Positions 36,421 through 45,849 of a stretch of 64,000 nt of DNA are shown piece by piece (the first letter of the stretch is position 1; each line of letters begins with the position of its first letter). The DNA is taken from assembly GCA_965644265.1 (NCBI GenBank), contig OZ286470.1, forward strand, positions 37,758,001 to 37,822,000, in the 5' to 3' direction. The position numbers and the translations under genes are program-made. The DNA comes from Glycera tridactyla (lineage: Eukaryota). The notes under the pieces were generated by a model, which saw nothing but the letters and a program-made list of their open reading frames with translations, did not search any database and was not told the origin of the DNA.

Positions 36421-39008
36421 ATTTGTAATTTGCCTCACACAATGTGTGAAAAAGGCTGAATCGACAATACTTCCTGTGTTCTAGGAAATGTATGAAAATA
36501 CAACTCGCTGAGACGATTATAGTACTGAAAGACAGATTTGATGTATAAAGGTCTATCCTAATATGAGCAGAAAAGAACCACTGGTGTCCTTTGGAAAGGG
36601 TGATGGATTGCCACCAGTGTTGTTGACGCTTCTATTCAGCATTTTTAGTCTGAGATATTGCACAGGAAGGTTGGAAGGACGCCGGAGCTAGGCAAACCCA
36701 CATCTCTCCACAAGTCAGATCACATATCTCCATAAACAAACTCATGGTACCACCCATTCCCCTGCTTTTACCCCCCCCCCCCCCACTCCTAGAGTGTCTA
36801 TGAGTTTTCAACTTCTTTGAGAGACCCGGGAGTCTTCAATGATTCCACCCATGTGCATCGCACTAGCAGATTTGATGCTGATGTGGCGTGAAACCAAAAC
36901 CAACCAAGTAACCAACCTCTCTCTATTTCTCCTCCTCTCCCCTTTCCTGCTCCCCCTCATACCTCTTTTCCTCCTTGTCTCCATATTCCTCACATTTCTC
37001 CACCTAAACTCCCCGCCTAGAATCGTCTTTTTTCTGCATTGGCCACCTCGCCTCGCCGTTGCCTGCCATCCTACCTGCTGCCCCCCCCCCACTTTACTGC
37101 ACTCATCCCTGATAGTTTTCACCAACTGAGCCTTCTCCATCTCATCTTCCCTTGTTGCATTCCAGTTTCCAGTTATTTTCTTCAATCTTCCTGGTTTTTA
37201 TGCCACCACAATTGTTGTGGCAGTTGGAAATCAGCATCTCATGAGAAGACGATGAGCCCTCGTGATGGGAATGGATTTGAAGGTGTAAGAGACAGGACTG
37301 ATAGTTTCCGTCTCACTCTTCTGTATAATTTACCTGCTTCATATGTGATATCAATAAAGTGAATACTCTCCACAATGAGCCCGAAGCGATGTCAAGCTTC
37401 ATAATTCGGTCCAATAACATACCATGTAATTTATTCTCCTCGTATGATATTGATAATGTTCTGTCAAAAACTGCAAGTCCTGTTCACTTACCAACCCCCT
37501 TCTTTCTTTCACCTGTATTGCCCATCTCATCAATTATGTTGTCATAGGATTGACCTGAACATTTGTGTCCACAATGGAAGGGCTCACTCTGAATGAATAT
37601 GATTTTTCTTCAAATCGAAATCGAATCCTGTTATCGGAGAAAATTTCTGACAGGTGGAGAATATCCTCATGCCATTCATATACCAATGAACTGCTGCAAA
37701 ATTGTTCATTTAGAATCTGTGAATTCCTAAATATATGAAGAAACGTCCATCCTCGAATTTGGTGTTGAGATGTCGTAATTCCAGGGTAGGGCAACTGTAG
37801 ATTTCTCACCCATGATAGACTTTTATATGGAACATGAGAAATATTACCCAGTTGTTCGTTAACAGCAGATAATGAATGATTAGAAGAATGAATAGATTAA
37901 GTGACCGCCAACCAAAACTTATTCAAATGATGTATGTATGTCTAGGGATCAGGATCCAGTGGTGCGGGGGGGGGGGAACTCAGACAAACTTTGCTGAATC
38001 AGCCTTTTCACATGTCACTTAATTATGATCTGCTGAATTGGGCAATGAGCGAGTAGAATGACTAATCAACATTTTCATGAATGTGTTTGAATGTGTTTGT
38101 CTCTAAATTTATTTTCAGCTAAAAGTGTGTTTCTGTCAGTGGAATGACGAATCGTGATTCAACAAATTTCAATTGTGCTTGGATTGGGTCATATGGTGTC
38201 ATGTGCAGGCACTGGCGGGCAGTGCCTATTGCCCTTTATTATGCATCCCGGCACTCTTTCCAATGGATTTCTCCCTGCCTCATTCAACTGCTTTATTCAT
38301 AGGACCCGAGACCGCCGGATGCGGCCTCGGGTCCGTAGTTTGTTTTCACGATGTGACTGTGGGACTGTCGTTTACAATGCCATCTTGGAACGCTGCCAAC
38401 ATGATGGAGAATCCTCATTGGCCATTATAGTTGCAAATTCTAACGAACAAACGTAAGCGCAAGTAAAACCCAGAGTGTCTGCAGCTAACTCGCCACTGCA
38501 TATGATTTATTCAAGAGCCACTGACGATTCTAATGAAACCAATGCGAGAGTTGTGCTCTCCAATATACTCATAAACAACACGGATCACAAGAAAAGAGGA
38601 ATTGGCTGTATGTGCGTTATTTACAGTCAAGTTCATGCTTTCTTTTAGTTTCTTTCGAGGCCAATTACACTTTTCCACCACAAGAATAATCGATCCAATC
38701 TCCTGAGGACTGTTCTCATCTCTGCATGCTGAGAAATCATTCATGTGTCAAGCATTCTGCATATCGAGTTACTCCAAAATGGCCTGAAATCTCGTTGCTT
38801 ATAGAGTAGATCTGCTCAAATCAAAATATAGCATGCACATTTAGCAAAGAAAATATCTACCAATGACTGTGATTTATGGATGTGCTCTTTAGCATCTAGA
38901 ATTGATACAAGGTATTTTGCTCTACACTAATAACCTATACCAAGCTTACTAAGTGGAGGTAATGGAGTGAAGACACACGCTCGACTTCGGGGGAGAAAAG
39001 GCTAAAGT

Positions 39009-41879
39009 ATGTCATCTAAGCAGCTTGTTCCGGCAGCAGACCAACCGAAACTACGAGAGTTCCTATCCAAGACAGCTCAGACTACTAGCCAGGTATCGTT
39101 GAAAAGCTCTGAACCTGAAAAAAATGGAATTTGTTCGCCGGTGGGCGATAATTTGTCATCGACTACACCGCGTAATCGGGGTACACTTTGTGAGAACTCC
39201 CCGGGTCCCACCAGTGCCCCACCTCTAAAGAAGTTGTCCATCGTGGTCGATAATCTCCGAAGTGTCTCCCCTCGCTCGGCATCAACCTCACCGTCCCCGT
39301 CACGCGCTGCTGAACGCCGAGTTCTGCGTCCATGCCGTCTACAGCCGTCATGGTCCACTGAGAATATTGCTAGTGCCTCTGCGAACACGTCATCGGAGAT
39401 CACATTCACGCCACCTGCAAACGAAAACCGTAAAAGCAGATCTATGGATAGGTCTGACGGGCAGCTGCCAGAAAAGGCACTTGAATCAAAATCAAACTCT
39501 AATCAACTGGCAATGTCTTTCAATAATGCTGGTGCAATCACAATAACAGAAACGAGCAAGAACGCCAATTTGAATTCGTCTAACACTCAGGATATTTCGA
39601 GAAACCTGTCTTCCCATATTTCTAAGAAACGAGAGCAGATCGTGCAATGTGTGCAGAACAGTGTGGCTAAGTGCAGTGGTTTCTCAATTAGTCCGGAAAT
39701 CGAGTCCCCAAGTAGTGTAATCAAGGGGTCAGCAGACACGGATGATTCGTCTTCCAATAAAACTGGTCCTGATGGTGATCAAACCGAAAGCCATACTGGA
39801 AATATAACTGGTCCAAACAAACAGACAAACAATGATACTTATAATGATTCTGTTGAAATTTACGAGTCTCAATCTCCTGGTACGCAGACTAGCCAGCCCG
39901 CTGAAAATAACAAGTCTGATCCCAAAAATCAATTTCAGTCTTTGAGTCAGTGCCTACCTGGCCTCTTACTCAGTCATCCGGATATTGACCAGGAACTGAT
40001 TAAAAGTCTTCCTACTCCTGACAGAGAATCTACACTCGCTCCTAGCTCAGGTAGTACCTCTCGTAAAAAGAAACGTGAAGCATCTGGTGAGGTGGAAGAC
40101 TCAGTCTTCCATGTACCCAGAGATACAACTGATGGGAGAAAAAAGACCCCTGTCTCATCAGGCAGTGTCAAAGTCAAGAAAGCCAGAGATAAATCACCAG
40201 ATGTCTCTACAAAAATCGTGGTTGATTCTGAAATGTTAGATATTCATGTAAGTTTTCCTGAATCTCCAAATAAAATCGACTGTGCTCAGAGATCACCTAC
40301 CACGTCAATCAGCAGTCAAGTGAATAGTCCAGACTCTAGAATGAACTCACAAAGAGGCGGGGACGAACTCCAAGATGGTCAACATGACATGTCAGATCAA
40401 CGTGATGACGTATCCGATGGTGAAGACCACCGTTTATACTTGACCTACGAGGATTTTGTTTCTGAATTTAAGCATATGGAGACCTCCTTTTGGAAGTCTA
40501 TTGCTCATAAATTACCTGAAATGGTAAACCTTGTGAATGCTGACAAGTTCGATGATATGGCTCGCAAAAACAAAATAGACCTTGCTGACCTTGAGGGTAC
40601 TATACAAGCAGAACTCACAGGTCTTAAGGAAGAAACAAAGTTTCTTATAGCAGAAAACGGTAAACTAAACAGACTGTTAAAACAGAATAGTGTCGCAATT
40701 GAGGAAATGAGAAAGTCTGTTCTCGAAGCCAAGAAAGACATCTATGCAGCTATCGACAGGTCTATGAAAGATGATCTGAACATGAGGTTTGATGAGCTAA
40801 AGAAATCCCTCACTACACCTGTAGATCATTCACTTGTGGAAAATCTTCGAAAAGAGCTGAACTTGATTACAGAGAAGTTGCTAAGTGCTGAAGCCCAACT
40901 TACCAAAATCAATATCCGGATCGAAAATGTTGAACTCGATGAACGACAGACTGTTCTCATCGTGGAAGGCATCGAGGTAAACCAAGGTGAGAATATCTTG
41001 GATAAAGTGATTCAGGTTCTAAATGAATACCTTCGGGCTGACTTGTCTCGTGACGATATCATAGCATGTCAGTTTTTTGGTCGTCCTTCAGCCGATGATA
41101 GCAAGCCAAGGCCTATAAGACTCAAATTAAAATCTCAAGACCTAAAAAGATGGCTGATGAGGCAAAAAGGCAGTCTACGTGACAGTTACATCTACCTGAA
41201 TGAACATCTGACTGCTAACAACTCAAACATTTACTACCTCTCTCGTCAAGCATGTAAAAAGAGAATACTACATCACACTTGGACTGATATGGGTAGAGTA
41301 TGGGCCACAAAATCCCAGGACTCTATACCGACTTGGATTCGTGACCCTGAGAAACTTAGACAAGACCTGGAGTCTATAGCCCTAAGAGCTGACCCCCCAC
41401 TTGACACACAGGCCCAACAGAAATCTGACCCTCAAGATGCTACACTTGGTACTGACAATCATGATAGGAATGCAAGGAGTACCACCGGATATCGTAACCG
41501 AATGAGCGGGTACAATCGTGATGGTTCAGATCGTAGCCGTAGATCACGATCTCGAACACGCCATCATAGAAAAAGCGACTCAGCTGACCACAGCAAGCAA
41601 CCAGAGCGTGACGCCAATAGGAATACCCAGGCTGGTCAACAACACAAACGGGAGCGTGGAAATCGAATAGATGACAGAAGGCTAACAGATCGTCTTCTAC
41701 AGTATGCACATGGTGGAATGCCGTTGAACCCTACTGGTAGAGGAGTTGCGAATGTTCGTGGACGAGGTGATTATCAACGTCGGAATCCAGGGGCTGATTG
41801 TTGGAGTGAACAAGAAAGACGGGGTAAGCAACGTGGCTCTCGTGGTCTTGGGCAACGGCAAACACATGAACCCAGGTGA
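39009..41879 (+). CDS. LINE ORF1-like protein (disordered N-terminus, coiled coil, L1-type RRM/CTD)
   Basis: Heptad-rich region followed by IVEGIE..GENI, RPIRLKLKS and IYLNEHLT...TW...GRVW, typical of L1-transposase-like ORF1 C-termini. Arg/Gly-rich tail. Confidence 0.8.
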   Translation: MSSKQLVPAADQPKLREFLSKTAQTTSQVSLKSSEPEKNGICSPVGDNLSSTTPRNRGTLCENSPGPTSAPPLKKLSIVVDNLRSVSPRSASTSPSPSRAAERRVLRPCRLQPSWSTENIASASANTSSEITFTPPANENRKSRSMDRSDGQLPEKALESKSNSNQLAMSFNNAGAITITETSKNANLNSSNTQDISRNLSSHISKKREQIVQCVQNSVAKCSGFSISPEIESPSSVIKGSADTDDSSSNKTGPDGDQTESHTGNITGPNKQTNNDTYNDSVEIYESQSPGTQTSQPAENNKSDPKNQFQSLSQCLPGLLLSHPDIDQELIKSLPTPDRESTLAPSSGSTSRKKKREASGEVEDSVFHVPRDTTDGRKKTPVSSGSVKVKKARDKSPDVSTKIVVDSEMLDIHVSFPESPNKIDCAQRSPTTSISSQVNSPDSRMNSQRGGDELQDGQHDMSDQRDDVSDGEDHRLYLTYEDFVSEFKHMETSFWKSIAHKLPEMVNLVNADKFDDMARKNKIDLADLEGTIQAELTGLKEETKFLIAENGKLNRLLKQNSVAIEEMRKSVLEAKKDIYAAIDRSMKDDLNMRFDELKKSLTTPVDHSLVENLRKELNLITEKLLSAEAQLTKINIRIENVELDERQTVLIVEGIEVNQGENILDKVIQVLNEYLRADLSRDDIIACQFFGRPSADDSKPRPIRLKLKSQDLKRWLMRQKGSLRDSYIYLNEHLTANNSNIYYLSRQACKKRILHHTWTDMGRVWATKSQDSIPTWIRDPEKLRQDLESIALRADPPLDTQAQQKSDPQDATLGTDNHDRNARSTTGYRNRMSGYNRDGSDRSRRSRSRTRHHRKSDSADHSKQPERDANRNTQAGQQHKRERGNRIDDRRLTDRLLQYAHGGMPLNPTGRGVANVRGRGDYQRRNPGADCWSEQERRGKQRGSRGLGQRQTHEPR

Positions 41880-41949
41880 CCTCTGATTGAGGTCATTCCG
41901 CTAGCTTGTGATATCCAGGTCTACAATCTTGCCTTTCCTAAACTCTGCC

Positions 41950-42897
41950 ATGGCATCCAGCCATAATCGACCTATATATGAACGTTATCGATACCCTCTC
42001 GAATTTCATCAAAATATAGTCACTTCTGCTGACAGCAAGCAAGCTGAAGACCAAATGGTAGTGCCGAATGAGAAATGTCTCCGTGCCGCTGCTGAGAAAA
42101 CATTTCGAGTATATGATGCCCCATCGATACTGATACTAGGAGACTCCAACGTGGCTCATCTAATGTCTGCTGTTAAGTCACGTGCCTTTCCAGAACACTT
42201 GAAACGTATGTTAAAATACTCGTATTACATGGGCTATAGGGGTATGACATTTGTCAGCTCCAAGCAATATTTAGAAGGAGACTTTGAGAGTATGGAGAAA
42301 CGTAATGAATATGGACTCCCTTGGGAATTATACCAACACGAGTCTGATAATCATTATCCGGAACACATTGTGATAATTCTCGGAGGAAACGATGTAGACA
42401 ACCTGGACAGACACCTTACCTCTCTCTCTAAAAAATACAATGCTGATGATCTTACCAAGGCTGCTGAAGATGTGCTCCATGAATGGTCAGCGGATCTCTT
42501 CCCTCTTATCCACGAATTTTTCTCTGCCATCTCTAATCGATTTCCTCTCGTGCCTATGTACTTTATGACAATACTTCCTAGAGTTTGGTGGGGTGAATTC
42601 TCACGCAAATTTTCCTCGAACATCGAATTCTATGTGAACCATACTCTGCATAAGGAATTCAATGTGAAAAGCTGCACATGCACTAGCATGTTCTATGATT
42701 TTGGCAAGCACACGTTCAATCCGAGCAAAAGTGATGTGGTTAGTGCTTTTCTTAATAAGGACGCAGTGCACCTTAATGTGAAAGGTAACCATGCCTATGC
42801 TCGTGATTTAGTGTACAAAATCATGCAGGCCTTCAACAAACGAAAGAGCGAAGAACGGATGCGATGGAACAGAAAACGTAAGCATCAAAGTGATTAA
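41950..42897 (+). CDS. Stand-alone SGNH/GDSL esterase ORF (~315 aa)
   Basis: ILGDSN (catalytic Ser), LGGND, DAVHL (Asp/His) and a basic NLS-like C-terminus. The ATG is 70 nt after the ORF1 stop. Confidence 0.82.
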   Translation: MASSHNRPIYERYRYPLEFHQNIVTSADSKQAEDQMVVPNEKCLRAAAEKTFRVYDAPSILILGDSNVAHLMSAVKSRAFPEHLKRMLKYSYYMGYRGMTFVSSKQYLEGDFESMEKRNEYGLPWELYQHESDNHYPEHIVIILGGNDVDNLDRHLTSLSKKYNADDLTKAAEDVLHEWSADLFPLIHEFFSAISNRFPLVPMYFMTILPRVWWGEFSRKFSSNIEFYVNHTLHKEFNVKSCTCTSMFYDFGKHTFNPSKSDVVSAFLNKDAVHLNVKGNHAYARDLVYKIMQAFNKRKSEERMRWNRKRKHQSD

Positions 42898-43099
42898 GTT
42901 CCTCCCATGTAGCATGGCACAGTGGCTATTCTGTGAGTCCTTAGTGATAGCCCATATTAATGTTATGTCAGCTGACTTATCTGGCCTTTTCACACGCACA
43001 AACCCAGAGCAGACGCCAGTCTCTTGCAATGAAACCTCACCTGTATCTGTATCCATTCTTAGCAAACTGAACTTGAAGTTATCCCTGCTGCTTCTCGTA

Positions 43100-45260
43100 T
43101 CACAGTGTACCTAGTATTTGGTTTCACTGTCCAAAGTATATGTATTCATTCATACAACCCCTAAAATGTAGTTGGACGTTGACACTGACCAACTATTGGA
43201 ATGTGATTCATCTTTGACACGACGAGGTGTACCTCCTTGATTTCATTGTTGACCGTCTCACACAGTCTCATCGATTCAGCACCCATCCCAAATTACCGAA
43301 AATAAGCTCATCCTATCTCTACTCGCACCACAGTGAACCTTTTTTGGTTACACTGCTTTATGAAAGTGTTTTGCATGAAATGTAGTCAGGTCACTCACGC
43401 AATCCCGAACATGTGATTATACAGTGTACCTATTTTGGTCTCACTGTATCTATGTCTCACTACCCCTGCTATACCACTTGCCTAGTCACATGCACACGTA
43501 CTGATATACACGTTGCACTCCATCTGTAACTACATAGTGTACCCATTTGGGTTTCACTAGTGTTGGTTATGATTGGGACTGAAAGCAGTACACTCATATG
43601 GGGCTATACCACTTGCCTAGTCACATGCACACATACTGATATACTTGTTGCTCTCCTTCTGTAGCTACATAGTGTACCCATTTGGGTTTCACTAGTGTTG
43701 GTTATATTTGAGACTGAAAACAGTGTACTCATATGGGGCTCCGTCTCTGCATCTCGTATTGAAGACACACTAATCTCAAGCACTCAGGATCGCTCAACTT
43801 GTTGGTGCGCACAACTTTGATCTATCTCAACTATCATATCATCTGCGCGGCAGCATGCACATGTAATGCTCTACAAGTTGTTCCCCTTTGTAGTTACATA
43901 GTGTACCCATTCGGGTTTCACTAGTGTCAGTTATATTTAGGTCTGAAGGCAGTGTACCCACATGTGTCTCACTGTCTTGCATCATGTTTCCACGTCTCAT
44001 TGCCCCCAATACTCAAGATTACTAGACTTATCGGTATGCACATCTCTGTTACTTGTTCATATCAACTGTGTCCACATCACATTGCTCTCGACACTCAGGA
44101 TCACACAACTGGTTGGTATACATTTCTCTGCGCCTCTTCACATGTTATATCAGCCGCCTAGTTTCAAGCCCATGTACAAGTCTGCACGTTGCTTTCCATC
44201 CATAGCTACATAGTGTACCCATTTGAGTTTCACTAGTATTGGTCATATTCGGGACTGATAGGAGTATACCCACATGGTGGGACTGATAGGAGTATACCCA
44301 CATGGGTATACTGAAATAGCGCATTGTGTGACTTATGCCTGGACTAACTCTTCGAAGCTCTTATGGAGAATGACTGATTTTTATTCCGCATATCTCCATT
44401 ACATGTGGGATGAGAATAGATTTGCAATATTTGATGGGCACACCATATGTTGTATCTTTTCTTTTCTTTTAGCAGCAAGTGATTGTGTACCGCTTTTCCT
44501 GTAATGTATGATATAGTGTATATTCGGTCACACAGTTCATCAAGAACTATCTCATTAACAATGAATACCATGGCTGATTCAGCGCAGTTTGAAATGTGAA
44601 ATCATTTCATCTAAACCTGTTTTCGTAACTCTTATGGAGAATGGCTGATATTCATTTGAGTATTCTTATCATACGTTTTAATCAATATCAACTTGCCAAT
44701 AAATGTACATTATTGGATGCGCGAACCGTATATTGTGTCTTTTCTTCAACAGTATGTGACAATAAACTTTTCTATGAGCCTCTTTTCCTTTAGTGTATAC
44801 AGCAATGTATACCCAGTCAGCTCTGATTATCTATATTTCTCTTTATCAGCGTCTAGTGCTTGGTAGAATTTTGCTGAGGAAATTGTGCTGAAGTATATCT
44901 TGCGGACCTAGTTGATACCGTACCATGTAATGCTTTAGTTTGATACCGTAACATGTAATGTCTTCCCCATGCGGTTGGGAGACTTCTTGCATTGCAGCAC
45001 AAGATCACAAGTCATGTTGTATCTTTCTTTAGCAGTATGTGACAGTAAACTTCTTTTCCTAGAGCTACTTTTCCTTTAGTGTATACAACGATGTATACCC
45101 AGACAGCTCTGATTATTTATACTTTTTTTCATCAGCGTCTATTGCTTGGTAGAATTTTGCTGAAGAGATTGTGTTGAGATATATCTTGCAGACCTAGTTT
45201 GATACCGTATCATTTATTGCTTTAGTTTGATATCATACCATGCAACGTGCTCCCTGGACA
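43100..45260. repeat. Internally repeated spacer with stem-loop motifs
   Basis: TACATAGTGTACCCATTTGGGTTTCACTAG at 43531, 43666, 43895 and 44207, plus a ~285-bp duplication (44750-44960 / 45030-45250). Confidence 0.8.
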
Positions 45261-45495
45261 TTTTGCATTGCAGCACAAAATCTCTAAGTCCGTTTATGGT
45301 CCTTTCAACCCACCAATGTATTAATGAAACCTCCCGTATTGCTTCCAGTGGGTTGGATATCATGTTTTTTCTATGATCTGATGACTGGTTGTCATATTGT
45401 GTCAGACAAACTTGGCGTCTCCGCTGCGAAAGCTGACTGAGCCCTATAGGTGGTTATCTCTCGCAGAAAAACGTAGTCGTCCAATGTCGCTCTAA

Positions 45496-45545
45496 ATTAA
45501 ACCTGCTTGCCAGATGTGAAAAAAAAAAAAAAAAAAAAAAAAAAA
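45496..45545 (+). other. ATTAAA signal followed by an A27 tract
   Basis: ATTAAA at 45496-45501; poly(A) at 45519-45545. Confidence 0.85.
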
Positions 45546-45849
45546 TTGTCTCTGCCTTTTCTCCCCCTCCTTATTTCAAATTCTTCAAATAGTCTCCCAG
45601 AGGTAACAATTGTTACCACTCGCTGCTTGCCTTTTTCTTTTCTTTGCTTATTTGATTTTTCAAACTATCTTCACTAAGGTTGCTAAAGCTCCTTTGCTGC
45701 TCTCCCCGTGTATATATGTTTTTGTGTTGACTGTTTTTCTGTTCATATTGTTTATATTGTTTCATATTCTAAACCTCTATAATTGCTCTGATTATTTTCC
45801 AGTGCAATTCACCCCCTTTTAGATACCTGAGTGGGTATCCCTATGAATA

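Noticed and set aside
36760-37200. Overlapping 96-125-aa ORFs
   Set aside because: They arise from C/T-rich low-complexity sequence and show no recognisable motifs.
37300-37360. Possible extra GRL exon-3-like peptide (VFTLLISHMKQ) on the minus strand
   Set aside because: No proper acceptor or donor, an early stop and no companion exons; probably chance.
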